A stretch of DNA of 64,000 nt from Candidatus Eiseniibacteriota bacterium. Lineage in GTDB: Bacteria; Desulfobacterota; Binatia; DP-6. The stretch lies in contig DATJZY010000014.1 of assembly GCA_035577985.1 (NCBI GenBank), positions 569 to 64,568 of the forward strand. Reading direction: 5' to 3'. The translations under genes were made by a program, and so were the position numbers. Every line of letters starts with the position of its first letter. Within the stretch, counting starts at the first letter, position 1. Positions 35,938 to 45,749 of this stretch are shown here, piece by piece. The notes beneath the pieces are model-generated. The model saw only the letters and a list, made by a program, of their open reading frames with translations, was not told the DNA's origin and ran no database searches.

Positions 35938-35963
35938 CCGACCCGAGCCGTGGCTCGGGTCGG
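35938..35963. repeat. GC-rich palindrome, REP-like family member c; likely terminator of the radical SAM gene
   Basis: ccgacccgagcc-gt-ggctcgggtcgg, 5 nt after stop 35968. It is followed by GGAAGAGGACGCGAGGGTGG, as at 23.75 kb. Confidence 0.7.
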
Positions 35964-35967
35964 GGTT

Positions 35968-37056
35968 CTAGAAGAGCCGCTGCTGCTCGCCCGCCTGCGG
36001 CGGGCGGCGGAAGGCGTCGGTCCGCAGCGGCGGCAGCGGCTCGTCGAGGCCGTGACGGCGGGCACCCACCCGGAAGAGCTGCGCGATCTGCTCGGCGTAG
36101 GGTCCTTGCCCCCGCATGCGCCGACCGAACTGCGCGCTGCTGATGGCGCCGCCGCGCGTGTCGCGGATGCGATGCAGGACGCGGCTCTTCTTCTCGGGGA
36201 AGTGATCGCCGAGCCAGCCCTCGAAGATCGCGTCGAGGGGCGTCGGCAGCCGCAGCAGCACCCACGAGGCGCTGCGCGCGCCGGCCTTGGCGGCGGCTTC
36301 GAGGATGCGCGGGATCTCCTCGTCGTTGAGCCCGGGAATCACGGGCCCGATCAGGACGGCCGTCGGGACGCCCGCCGCCGTGAGGCTCGCGATGGCGTCG
36401 AGCCGGCGATGCGGCCGCGCGGCGCGCGGCTCCAGCCGACCGGCGAGCTCGGCGTCGAGCGTCGTGATCGAGCAGAACACGTGCGCCGCCCCGTGGCGCG
36501 CGAGCTGGCCGAGCAGGTCCGCGTCGCGCGCGACGAGGGCCGACTTCGTGACCACGCCGACCGGGTTGCGGAACTCCGCGAACACCTCGAGGCAACGGCG
36601 CGTGATCCCGAGCGTGCGCTCGACCGGCTGATAGCAGTCGGTGTTGCCCGAGAGCGATACGAGCTCGGGCTCCCAACGCGGTGCCAGAAACGTCTTCCGC
36701 AGCAGCTCGGGCGCGTCGGGCTTCACCATGATGCGGGTCTCGAAGTCGATCCCGGCGTTGAAGCCGAGCTGCTCGTGCGACGGGCGGGCGTAGCAGTAGC
36801 CACAGCCGTGCTCGCAACCGCGATACGGATTGAGGCTCCATCGGAACGGCACGTCTGGACTGTGATTCTCCGCCAGGACGGTGCGGCTCGCGTCGCGGTA
36901 GTAGTGCGTCGCGACCTTCTCCGGCAGGGTGCGGCCGGTGTCGGGATCGGGCTCCAGCTCGACGTGCAGCTCGTCGTAGCGGTTGGGCGGCGCCGCGTCG
37001 GTGCCCCGTCCCTTGATCACGAGGCGAAAATTAGGCGAAGCCGAGCGTCGGGTCAA
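35968..37056 (-). CDS. Radical SAM protein (PA0069/SplB-like family)
   Basis: SLNPYRGCEHGCGYCYARPSH, with a CxxxCxxC-type cluster. Confidence 0.85.
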   Translation of the reverse strand: MTRRSASPNFRLVIKGRGTDAAPPNRYDELHVELEPDPDTGRTLPEKVATHYYRDASRTVLAENHSPDVPFRWSLNPYRGCEHGCGYCYARPSHEQLGFNAGIDFETRIMVKPDAPELLRKTFLAPRWEPELVSLSGNTDCYQPVERTLGITRRCLEVFAEFRNPVGVVTKSALVARDADLLGQLARHGAAHVFCSITTLDAELAGRLEPRAARPHRRLDAIASLTAAGVPTAVLIGPVIPGLNDEEIPRILEAAAKAGARSASWVLLRLPTPLDAIFEGWLGDHFPEKKSRVLHRIRDTRGGAISSAQFGRRMRGQGPYAEQIAQLFRVGARRHGLDEPLPPLRTDAFRRPPQAGEQQRLF

Positions 37057-37093
37057 TCCCTCTCTCGTTGCGAGGCTTGTCCGAGCGGATCGC

Positions 37094-38464
37094 TCAGGGG
37101 ACGCAGGCGAGCTTGAGGGTGTCGGCGTCGCGCAGTCCGCTGCCCGTACCCATCGTGCGCGCCCGCAGCGTGAGCCGCCTTCGCACCGGCACCGCGATCG
37201 TCACGTCGGCAGCGCACGCGCCGAGCGCCGTGAGCGGCGGAGAGAAGGTGACGGCGGCACCGGCGACGGTCGACGGCGCGAGCGCGGCGACGGACGCGAG
37301 CAGCGCCGTGACCCCGGCGTCGGCCGGATCGACCTTGCCCGCGAGGCTCCAGCTCCCGACCGCGGCGGGGCTGCACTTCGCGAAGCGGGCGTCGGCCCGG
37401 TTGAAGCACGCCGCGACCGTGAAGACGCAGGTGCCGTTGCGCGCGCCGTCGCCGTCGCAGCCCGGGTCGCCGTCGCGGCACTTCTGCCGCGGCGGGAGCA
37501 CGCCCGATTCGTTCGGCCCACCGGTCGTGCTGGCGAGCCGCCACTCGCCCAGGCAGTCGGTCTTGCGGGGGCCGCCGCCGGGCACGAAGAACGCGGGGTC
37601 GCAGCCCGCGAGCGTCAGCGAGCAGGTCTCGGTGCAGGCGAGCTCGCCCCCGGCATAGCCGATCGACTCGCACGTGCGGTCGCCGAGATCGCCACCGTCG
37701 CACTCCTCCTTGCCGTTGATCGCATCGTTGCCGCACAGCGTGCACGCGCTCGTGTCGTAGTGGCACTGCACGCAGGCGAGCTTGCCCTTGACGAAGCCGA
37801 GCGACGCGCACGTGGCCCCGCCGAGCGCGCTACCGTCGCACTCCTCGCCCTGCGAGATGATCTCGTCGCCGCACAGGGTCGGCGGCAGGGGGCCGGTCTT
37901 GCCGGCGTTGCTCTCGAGCACCGGATCGAGGGCGCCGGTCCAGTCCGCCCGGTTCTTCCCGGTGAGCTGAGTCCGCCGCAGCACGCGATTGTCGGGCGTC
38001 ACGCGCGTCGGCACGCCGAAGGCGAAATTGTCGCCCGTGAACGTCCCGTACGCGATGCAATCGACGGGTGCGAACCCGCTGCTCGTGACGACCGCGTAGC
38101 ACACCCGCCCGTTGCGCGGGCGCAGGAACCCGGCCGGCAGCACGAAGTCCGGCTCCACCCCGGCGGCGTCGCCCGCCTTCGCCGATGCCACCAGGATCTT
38201 GGCGTTCACGACCCCGCGCGCGACGTTCTGCGTGAGGATGGCGGTGCGACGCCCCTCACTCGAGCCCGTCGCGTCGTCGAAGACGAGCGCACCGACGTTC
38301 GCGACGGCGTTCTGCCCCGCGTCGAGCATGCGCAGCTCGACGTACTGCATCTCGTCGTCGCCGAGCCAGCTGCCGAGGATCTCGTCGAGCACGATCCGCG
38401 TCTGGGCACGCGCGAGTCCCGTCCCCAGGAGCACCCCCACCGCCACTACGAGCAACCGCATCAT
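37094..38464 (-). CDS. Secreted protein: lamin-tail-like N-domain, two Myxococcus-type Cys-rich repeats, C-terminal Cys-rich module
   Basis: Signal peptide: MMRLLVVAVGVLLGTGLARA. N-domain motif: MQYVELRM. Cys-rich repeats: CGDEIISQGEECDG and CGNDAINGKEECDGGD. C-terminal module: CRDGDPGCDGDGARNGTCVFTVAAC ... TLKLACVP. Confidence 0.85.
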   Translation of the reverse strand: MMRLLVVAVGVLLGTGLARAQTRIVLDEILGSWLGDDEMQYVELRMLDAGQNAVANVGALVFDDATGSSEGRRTAILTQNVARGVVNAKILVASAKAGDAAGVEPDFVLPAGFLRPRNGRVCYAVVTSSGFAPVDCIAYGTFTGDNFAFGVPTRVTPDNRVLRRTQLTGKNRADWTGALDPVLESNAGKTGPLPPTLCGDEIISQGEECDGSALGGATCASLGFVKGKLACVQCHYDTSACTLCGNDAINGKEECDGGDLGDRTCESIGYAGGELACTETCSLTLAGCDPAFFVPGGGPRKTDCLGEWRLASTTGGPNESGVLPPRQKCRDGDPGCDGDGARNGTCVFTVAACFNRADARFAKCSPAAVGSWSLAGKVDPADAGVTALLASVAALAPSTVAGAAVTFSPPLTALGACAADVTIAVPVRRRLTLRARTMGTGSGLRDADTLKLACVP

Positions 38465-38603
38465 CGACCTCTACCTCTGGGCACGCCCCAACGCACACCG
38501 CGAAGCGACTTCCAGGTACCATGAGTAATCGCACCCCACAATTCGGCGCAGGATGTGCGGAGATGCTTGACTACCGGACCGGATCAGAGGAATTTTTCGA
38601 GCC

Positions 38604-39434
38604 GTGCTGAGAAACGGACGGGCCCCGCTGTTCGGCATCACCGACCGCAAGCGCAAGCCCCGCAAGACCGGCCTGACCCAGGTGCTCGACAAGGGCCTGT
38701 CGACGGCCGAGATCGAGAGCATGCTCGAGGTTGCGGCCGACTTCGTCGACATCGTGAAGTTCGGCTGGGCGACGTCGGTCATCGTCCAGAACCTCGACGC
38801 CAAGCTCGAGACCTATCGCCGCCACGACATCGACGTGTGCTGCGGCGGGAGCCTGTTCGAGCTCGCGGTCGTGAAGAAGCAGCTCCCGGAGTACATCGCG
38901 TTCCTGAAGGACCACGGCTTCGAGCACGTCGAGGTGTCCGACGGCGTCATCGAGATCTCGCGCACCGAGAAGCTCAAGTACATCGAGCGCCTGTCGCGGC
39001 ACTTCACCGTGTTCTCCGAAGTCGGGCGCAAGGATCGCACGAACGTCGTCGCGCCCGCGCGCTGGGTGAAGGACATCAAGGAGGAGCTCGCGGCCGGCGC
39101 GTGGAAGGTGATCTGCGAGGGGCGCGAGTCCGGCACGGTCGGCATCTACCAGGGCACCGGCGAGGTGAAGGCCGGCCTCATCCAGGAGATCGAAGCGCAG
39201 ATCAATCCCGGCCGCGTGATGTTCGAGGCTCCGCAGAAGCACCAGCAGGTGTGGCTCGTGAAGCACTTCGGGCCGAACGTGAACCTGGGCAACATCCCGC
39301 CGCGCGACGTCATCTCGGTCGAGACCATCCGTCAGGGTCTGCGGGCCGACACGCTGCTCTTGATGCATGCGGATTCAAAGGCTGCAGCTGCTCGACGGCG
39401 CCCGGAGAGCGCGCGGGCTCACCGTCATCATTGA
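38604..39434 (+). CDS. comA: Phosphosulfolactate synthase
   Basis: RKRKPRKTGLTQVLDKGL ... VDIVKFGWATS ... FEHVEVSDG ... VICEGRESG. GAGGA lies 10 nt before the GTG. The last ~22 codons overlap comB. Confidence 0.85.
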   Translation: MLRNGRAPLFGITDRKRKPRKTGLTQVLDKGLSTAEIESMLEVAADFVDIVKFGWATSVIVQNLDAKLETYRRHDIDVCCGGSLFELAVVKKQLPEYIAFLKDHGFEHVEVSDGVIEISRTEKLKYIERLSRHFTVFSEVGRKDRTNVVAPARWVKDIKEELAAGAWKVICEGRESGTVGIYQGTGEVKAGLIQEIEAQINPGRVMFEAPQKHQQVWLVKHFGPNVNLGNIPPRDVISVETIRQGLRADTLLLMHADSKAAAARRRPESARAHRHH

Positions 39435-40053
39435 CGTCTTCCGTGCCTTCAGCACGGCGGCCCATGCGTTCGATCGCGGCGCAACGGAGGTCGTGCTGGT
39501 GGGCGGGGTGGAAGACGCCTTCGCGCTCCGGCGGCGCTGGCCCGAGGCTCGTCTCATGGGCGAGGTGCACGGACGGCGCGTCGACGGCTTCGACTTCGGC
39601 AACTCGACGAGCGCCATCGCGCGCGCCGACCTCGCCGGCCGCCGCCTGATCCAGCGAACGAGCGCCGGCACGCAGGGCGTCGTCGCGGCGCGGAACGCCG
39701 AGACGATCCTGCTCGGCAGCTTCGTGTGCGCCGCCGCCATCGTCCGTTACGTCCGTCGGGCGGCGCCGGAGCTCCTCTCCCTCGTCGCCATGGGCATGCG
39801 CGCCGAGCGCCCGGCGGCCGAGGACGATGCCTGCGCCGACCTCATCGAGGCGCGCCTCACCGGCCGGCCGCTCGACGAGACGGCGCTCCTGCGCGACCTC
39901 GTGCACGGCGGCGCCGGCGCCCGATTCGAGGAGGATTCCGAGGACTTCCCCCGCGCCGACGTCGAGCATTGCCTGCGGCTCGACACGTTCGACTTCGTGA
40001 TGCGTGTCGACTCCCGCGAGGGTCTGCTCGTCGCGACGCGCGTCGATGTTTGA
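39367..40053 (+). CDS. comB: 2-phosphosulfolactate phosphatase
   Basis: VIIDVFRAFSTAAHAF ... GFDFGNS ... TSAGTQG. Confidence 0.8.
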   Translation: MRIQRLQLLDGARRARGLTVIIDVFRAFSTAAHAFDRGATEVVLVGGVEDAFALRRRWPEARLMGEVHGRRVDGFDFGNSTSAIARADLAGRRLIQRTSAGTQGVVAARNAETILLGSFVCAAAIVRYVRRAAPELLSLVAMGMRAERPAAEDDACADLIEARLTGRPLDETALLRDLVHGGAGARFEEDSEDFPRADVEHCLRLDTFDFVMRVDSREGLLVATRVDV

Positions 40054-41314
40054 CCCCGCCCGAGGCCGGGACATACATTTCGCCCCCGGCATGCAGCCCG
40101 CGAGAGACGACGCGCCGCCGGCGCCCGCGACGGCGCCCCGCCACGTGCTGTTCGTCGAAGGCAGCCTGGGTGGCGTGGTCGGCGGCTCGCTGACGGGCAT
40201 CCTCGAGCTGCTGCCCTACCTCGACCGGCGGCGCTACGAGCCCGCGCTCGTGCTGGCAGAGTCGAAGCCCGGCCTCTCGCTCCCGGACACGACGATCCAC
40301 GTCCTCGACCCGCGGAGCGACGCGGGGCCGGTGACGCTCGCCACCTCGCTCCTGCGCACGCTCCGCCGCGGCGTGCAGGTCTTCACGGTCGTCGTGCCGC
40401 GGGCGCGCGAGCTCCATGCCCTCTTCCGTCGCGAGCGCCCGGCGCTCGTCTACCTCGCGAGCGGCCTCAACTCGAACCTCGCGACGGTGGTCGCGGCAGC
40501 CCGCACGGGCGTGCCCGTCGTGTGCCACTTCAAGGGGTTTCGCCGCATCGGGCCGGTGGATCGCTTCCTGTCGCGCTGGATCGCGGTCGCGATCACCATG
40601 ACCGACGAGATCGCGGCGCACTACCGCGCGCGCCGCGTGCACGCGCGCCGCTTCGTCACCATCTACGACGGGATCGACCCGACGCGTTTCGCGTCCGGCG
40701 GCGGCGCGGCCGTGCGCCGCGAGTTCGGCATTCCGGACGGCGCGCCGCTGGTCGGCATCGTCGGCCACATCCAGGAATGGAAGGGGCAGCTCCTGGTCGC
40801 CGAGGCGGTCGCGCGCGCACGCCGCGACATGCCGGAGCTGCGCTGCCTGGTCGTGGGCGGCGTGCACAAGTTCGGCGCCGAGTACGCGGCGCGCCTGCGG
40901 GCGCGCATCGCCGAGCCCGACCTCGCCGGGCACGTGATCCTCACCGGCGCGCGGCGCGACGTCGCGGCCTGCATGGACGCCATGGACGTCGTGATCCACG
41001 CCTCCAACCGCGAGCCCTTCGGCCGCGTGCTGCTGGAAGCGATGGCCGTCGGGCGTCCGGTGATCGCGCCGCGGGAGGGCGGACCCACCGAGATCGTCGC
41101 CGACGGCGAGACGGGCCTGCTGGTTCCGCCGCGCGACGCGGGCGCGCTCGCCGCCGCCATCGCGACCCTCCTTCGCGATCCCGCACGACGCGCCGCCATG
41201 GCGCGTGCCGCGCGCGCCCGCGTCGCCGCGGTCTTCGACATCCACGCCCATGCGCGCGCCGTCGAACGCGTGTTCGACGAGATCCTCGACTCCCCGACCG
41301 GATCCCGCCCGTGA
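40046..41314 (+). CDS. Glycosyltransferase family 4
   Basis: EPFGRVLLEAMAVGRPVIAPREGGPTEIVADGETGLLVPP. The start is ATG 40046 (8-nt overlap with comB) or ATG 40091. Confidence 0.85.
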   Translation: MFDPARGRDIHFAPGMQPARDDAPPAPATAPRHVLFVEGSLGGVVGGSLTGILELLPYLDRRRYEPALVLAESKPGLSLPDTTIHVLDPRSDAGPVTLATSLLRTLRRGVQVFTVVVPRARELHALFRRERPALVYLASGLNSNLATVVAAARTGVPVVCHFKGFRRIGPVDRFLSRWIAVAITMTDEIAAHYRARRVHARRFVTIYDGIDPTRFASGGGAAVRREFGIPDGAPLVGIVGHIQEWKGQLLVAEAVARARRDMPELRCLVVGGVHKFGAEYAARLRARIAEPDLAGHVILTGARRDVAACMDAMDVVIHASNREPFGRVLLEAMAVGRPVIAPREGGPTEIVADGETGLLVPPRDAGALAAAIATLLRDPARRAAMARAARARVAAVFDIHAHARAVERVFDEILDSPTGSRP

Positions 41315-42546
41315 GCCCCGAGAGCGCCACGCGCAAGGTGCTCGTCCTCGGCAAGAGCGATTCGAGCTTCCTCACGGTCATCCGCTCGCTCGGCCGCAAG
41401 GACATCGAGGTCCACGTCGCGTGGTGCCCGCGCGATGCCGTGGCCCTGCGCTCGCGATACGTCGCCGCCGTGCACGAGCTGCCGCCCTACTCGCCCGAGG
41501 ACGACGCGTGGAAGAAGGCGCTGATCGCGCTCTGCCGGCGGGAGTCCTTCGACCTCGTGATCCCCACCAACGACCCGACCATCATCCCGCTCCAGGAGCA
41601 TCGCGCCGACCTCGAGCCGCACGCGAAGTTCTACCTCTTGAGCGAGAAGGCGTTCGAGATCGGCTACGACAAGCTGAAGAGCTACGAGGTCTGCAAGGCG
41701 CTCGGCGTGCGCTGCCCGCGCTACGCGATCCTGCGCGTGCCCGCCGATCCCGCGGCGGTGCTGCGCGACTTCCGGCTGCCCGTGGTGGTGAAAGCGCGCT
41801 CGTCGTTCCGCGCGGAGGACCTCGGCGACCGCCGGCGCACCCGCGTCGCGCGCGACGAGGCGGGGTTGCGCGAGTTCCTGCGCATCCTCGAAGGGCGCGC
41901 CGACGACGTCCTCATCGAGGAGTACTTCGAGGGCGACGGCGGCGGCATCGACGTGCTGTGCGCCGACGGCGAGGTCGTCCACGCCTTCCAGCACCTGCGG
42001 CTGCACGAGGGACGGACGTACTCGTCGGCGCCCTACCGGGTGAGCGCGCCGGTCCACCCGGGGATGCTCGAGGACACGCGCAAGTACGTCCGCGCGCTCG
42101 GCTACACCGGCGTCCTCATGCTGGAGTTCCGCCTGAACGCGCAGACGGGCGAGTGGATCTTCCACGACTTCAACGCGCGCTTCTGGGCGGCGCTGCCGCT
42201 CACCGTCGCGGCGGGCGCCGACTATCCGTACTGGCTCTACCAGGTGCTGGTCGAGGGCAAGCGCGACTTCCCGCCCGACTTCCGCGTCGGCATCGCGTGC
42301 CGGAACTGGCGGCTCGACCTCCTCTGGTTGAAGGAGTGGCTCGGCCTGCCGCCCGCGGAGCGGACGCCCGCAGGCGAGATCGCGAAGGAGCTCTGGCGCG
42401 CGCTCACGTTCCGCGAGTGGATGGACACGCTCACGCTCGACGATCCGCGTCCTGGCCTGCTCGACGTCTCCCGCATCGCCGGACGTCTCGGCCGCAACCT
42501 CGGTCGCGTCGCCGGCATCCGCGCCCGTCCGGCGCCTACGACCTGA
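41311..42546 (+). CDS. ATP-grasp domain protein
   Basis: GTG 41311 overlaps the GT4 stop as GTGA. Motifs: PVVVKARSS ... VLIEEYFEG ... GVLMLEFRL ... HDFNARFW. Confidence 0.8.
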   Translation: MSPESATRKVLVLGKSDSSFLTVIRSLGRKDIEVHVAWCPRDAVALRSRYVAAVHELPPYSPEDDAWKKALIALCRRESFDLVIPTNDPTIIPLQEHRADLEPHAKFYLLSEKAFEIGYDKLKSYEVCKALGVRCPRYAILRVPADPAAVLRDFRLPVVVKARSSFRAEDLGDRRRTRVARDEAGLREFLRILEGRADDVLIEEYFEGDGGGIDVLCADGEVVHAFQHLRLHEGRTYSSAPYRVSAPVHPGMLEDTRKYVRALGYTGVLMLEFRLNAQTGEWIFHDFNARFWAALPLTVAAGADYPYWLYQVLVEGKRDFPPDFRVGIACRNWRLDLLWLKEWLGLPPAERTPAGEIAKELWRALTFREWMDTLTLDDPRPGLLDVSRIAGRLGRNLGRVAGIRARPAPTT

Positions 42547-43888
42547 GGGCGGCGAGACCGGGCATGCGGCGCGCCATGCGCCGCGCGGCCCGTGCGAGAT
42601 CGCCCAAGTCGGTTCGCCGGACGAGCAGCGTCTCGCGGAGCCCGAGCCCCGACTCCCGCACGAACGCGTAGAGCAGGATGAGCGACGCGGTGCCGTACGA
42701 GATCCCGTTGGCGAGCGCGGCGCCCTCCGGGCCGAAGCGGGGGTCGAGGAGGAAGTTGAGACCGACGTTCAGCACGAGGGCCGTCACGGCCGCGAAGATG
42801 TTCACCTCCTGCTTGGCGCGGCTCGTGAACTGGCGCGAGAGGATCTGGTAGAGCGCCATCAGGAGCGCGCCCGGCAAGAGGATCAGCATCGGGCGGATCG
42901 CACGGTCGAACTTGTGGCCGTAGAGGAGCGGGATGCCGATCGGTCCCGCGATCGCGAGCCCGAGCGCGCCGAGCGCCGTCAAGAAGAGGGTGTTCCGGCA
43001 GACCCGCGTCGTCGCCAGCTCGGCCTCGCGCTGCTCGGAGCCGGCCAGACGCGGGAACAGCACCGTGCCGGTCGCGTCGGGGATCTTCAGGAGCAGGCTC
43101 ACGATGTTGACCCCGATCATGTAGAAGGCGACGTCGGCGGGGCTCCGGAGATAGGCGAGCAGGTACTGGTCGATCCGCAAGTGCAGCGTCGCGGCGAGGG
43201 TCTGGACGTAGGACTTGGAGCCGAAGCCCAGCATGTCGCGCAGGAGGCGCGTGTCCATCCGCACCTGGAGCGGCGCCTCGCGATGCACGCGCACCGTCAG
43301 CCAGATCGACGTGAAGACGACGATGGCGGCCTGTGCGAGAACGGCCGCCACGAGCCCCCGCTTCATCACGACCAGCACGACGAACATGCCGACCAGCGAG
43401 AGCAGGTTCGGCACGATCTGGCGGATGTTGTACTCGTGGAACCGCTCCTGTGCCTGGGCGACGCCCAGGAGGTAGAACTGCAGGAGCGCGAACGGCACGA
43501 GCGCGAGCGTCGGGAGCACGAGCGACGCCGGGCACTCCTTCAGGATCTTGGCGAGCATCCAGTCGCGCCAGATCCACGCCACGACGGCGATCGCGGTGCC
43601 CATCGTGAAGGCGAACCACAGCGAGTTCGACGCGACGGCCGACGCCGACGCGCCCTTGCGGCGCATGAAGTAGACGCTCGCCTGCGGGATGCCGAGCTTC
43701 ACGAAGTTCGAGAGCGTGGTCGGGAGCAGGGTCAGGAGCTGGAAGAGCCCGCGGTTCTGCGGTCCGAGCCAGCGCGCCGTGATGACGCCGGTCAACATGC
43801 CGATGGCGGTCATGGCGACCTGACCGCCGAGCACGCGAAGCGCGTCCCGCACGAAGCGCGGGGGACCGGGCGTCGCCTTCTCAGCCAC
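42536..43888 (-). CDS. Oligosaccharide flippase (Wzx/MOP superfamily)
   Basis: About 12 TM segments with a polysaccharide-biosynthesis-protein pattern. GTG 43888 gives an 8-nt overlap with the upstream stop. The 3' end overlaps the convergent ATP-grasp gene by 11 nt. Confidence 0.8.
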   Translation of the reverse strand: MAEKATPGPPRFVRDALRVLGGQVAMTAIGMLTGVITARWLGPQNRGLFQLLTLLPTTLSNFVKLGIPQASVYFMRRKGASASAVASNSLWFAFTMGTAIAVVAWIWRDWMLAKILKECPASLVLPTLALVPFALLQFYLLGVAQAQERFHEYNIRQIVPNLLSLVGMFVVLVVMKRGLVAAVLAQAAIVVFTSIWLTVRVHREAPLQVRMDTRLLRDMLGFGSKSYVQTLAATLHLRIDQYLLAYLRSPADVAFYMIGVNIVSLLLKIPDATGTVLFPRLAGSEQREAELATTRVCRNTLFLTALGALGLAIAGPIGIPLLYGHKFDRAIRPMLILLPGALLMALYQILSRQFTSRAKQEVNIFAAVTALVLNVGLNFLLDPRFGPEGAALANGISYGTASLILLYAFVRESGLGLRETLLVRRTDLGDLARAARRMARRMPGLAALRS

Positions 43889-45749
43889 GCGGGGCTCCCG
43901 GCGCGACGTAGAGCGCATAGCCGCCGGCGGCGAGCACCGGCGCGCCCAGCCGATCCGTCGTGGCACGCCACAGCGTCGTCACGCGCTGCTCGAAGGGATC
44001 GGCCGCCGCGTCGAGCCCCTTCACGTCGACGGCGACGTGCGTGGCGCCGAGGGCGCGCAGGGTGTCGAGCAGTGCGTCGGGCGTCGTCACGGTGCGGAAG
44101 TCGACCATGCCCTGCTCCAGGTACGAGAGCAGCACGAAGGGGCGGTCGATGTAGTACGGATGCGGGATCTTCTCCAGCACCACCACCTTCCCGGCCGGCG
44201 GCACGGCGCGATTCGCCTCGCGCCAGAAGAGGTAGCGATCGGAATAGGCGGCGAGAAACGCGTCCGGCGACATGCGGCCGAACGCGACCCGCACCTGATC
44301 GGGCCACATCGGTCGCAGCATGCGCGAGGTGAGCGCGACGTCGCCGAGCACCGTACCGAGCACGATCCACCCGAGCAGCCGGCGGCCCACGAGCGCCTCC
44401 GCCCCGGCGACCGCCGCCGTCATCACGAGCGCCGTCCCGGGCAGGACGTAGCGGGGATGCGCCCACGCGCCTGCGGCGATGATCGCGCCGTAGGCGACGC
44501 CGATCGCCCCGATCGCCGGCGCCTGCCATCGCGACCGCACGAGCAGGAGCACCGCTGGCGCGAACGCGAGCGGGAACGGGCTCACGTCCTGGCCCTGCCG
44601 CTTGCCGTTCTCGAACGACTCGGGATGCATCGTGAGATCCCACGGGAAGCGCAGCACCTCCAGGCCCACGTACGGCTTCCCACCGCGATCGCCGGCTTCC
44701 CGGGTGCGGTACTGGTCGTAGTACGTGTCGAGGTAGGCGGCGGCCTCGGCGCTCCAGTGGCGTCCCGGAAACGCGCCCTGGCCGAACGGATAGAGGGGAT
44801 TGCCGGTGTCGATCGCGTTGCGCACGTAGCACGGCGCGAGCAGCACGAGCGCGATGACGCCGTAGGCGAGCGCGTCCGCGATGCGACGGCCGAGCGGCCG
44901 GCGCCGGCGCACGAGCACGACGAGGACGCCGATGCCGACCAGCGTCGGCACGAGAAGCCCCATCACCTTCGACGCGCCGCCGAAGCCGGCGAACACCGCC
45001 GTGCGCCGCAGATCGCCGGCGCGCCCGCTCGCCGCCCAGTCGAGCCACGCGCTGGTCGCGAGCGCCGCGTACAGGACGACGCTCATGTCGGCGCCCGAAC
45101 GCGTCATCTGCGACCACGTCATCGGCATGGTGAAGAAGAGCGCACCGGCGAGGACGCCGAGCCCCCCGCCGAGGTGACGGCGTGCGAGCGTCGCGAGACC
45201 GAGCGCCGCCATGACGCCCGCGACGGCGTTCACGAGGCGGGCCAGGTCCTCGCCGCGCACCGCGTAGGCGATCGCGAACAGGAAGTTCTGCAGCCATTGC
45301 TGCTGGCCCCAGAACGACCACGGGGTCGCGACGAGCCCGCCCGCCTCCGCGTACAGCCGCGGGAAGGCGAGGTGATACTTCGTCTGATCGCCACCGACGG
45401 GCGGCGCGAACCACGTCGGCGCTTCGGCGAGCAGGACGAGCCCGCAGATGGCGACGAGCACCCACGCGAGGCCGCCGCGTGGAAGCCGCACGGCCCCGAG
45501 TGCGCGCACGAGCGTCCTGCCGCCCGCCACGAGCGCGGCCGCTCCGGCGACGGTGAGCGGGAGCGGCCGCAGCATCTGGAGCGCCGCCAGGCCCAGGGCG
45601 ACCATGCTCGCGAGGCCGAGGCCCGCCGCGAGCCCGGCCAGCAGATGATCGCTCTCCTCCGCCGGCAGCGCATCCGCCGTGCGCAGTGCGACGAGCCCGG
45701 CCGCGGCGCTCGCGGTGAGGATCACCGCGAGCAGCGCGACGTCGATCAC
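43881..45749 (-). CDS. Large polytopic membrane protein, GT-C (ArnT/PMT-like) glycosyltransferase candidate
   Basis: More than 10 TM segments followed by a ~170-aa soluble C-terminal domain. Placed in a glycan cluster directly upstream of the flippase. Confidence 0.6.
   Translation of the reverse strand: MIDVALLAVILTASAAAGLVALRTADALPAEESDHLLAGLAAGLGLASMVALGLAALQMLRPLPLTVAGAAALVAGGRTLVRALGAVRLPRGGLAWVLVAICGLVLLAEAPTWFAPPVGGDQTKYHLAFPRLYAEAGGLVATPWSFWGQQQWLQNFLFAIAYAVRGEDLARLVNAVAGVMAALGLATLARRHLGGGLGVLAGALFFTMPMTWSQMTRSGADMSVVLYAALATSAWLDWAASGRAGDLRRTAVFAGFGGASKVMGLLVPTLVGIGVLVVLVRRRRPLGRRIADALAYGVIALVLLAPCYVRNAIDTGNPLYPFGQGAFPGRHWSAEAAAYLDTYYDQYRTREAGDRGGKPYVGLEVLRFPWDLTMHPESFENGKRQGQDVSPFPLAFAPAVLLLVRSRWQAPAIGAIGVAYGAIIAAGAWAHPRYVLPGTALVMTAAVAGAEALVGRRLLGWIVLGTVLGDVALTSRMLRPMWPDQVRVAFGRMSPDAFLAAYSDRYLFWREANRAVPPAGKVVVLEKIPHPYYIDRPFVLLSYLEQGMVDFRTVTTPDALLDTLRALGATHVAVDVKGLDAAADPFEQRVTTLWRATTDRLGAPVLAAGGYALYVAPGAPRG

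Noticed and set aside
38564-38592. TTGACT plus an AT-rich stretch upstream of comA as a promoter
   Set aside because: The implied transcription start would fall downstream of the GAGGA ribosome-binding site and almost on the GTG. The AT-rich stretch is better explained as the RBS region.
39367-39434. The 68-nt comA/comB overlap as evidence of a frameshifted fusion or pseudogene
   Set aside because: Both frames are intact, and each protein is full-length relative to its family core. The comA tail (HADSKAAAARRRPESARAHRHH) looks like simple read-on to the next stop.
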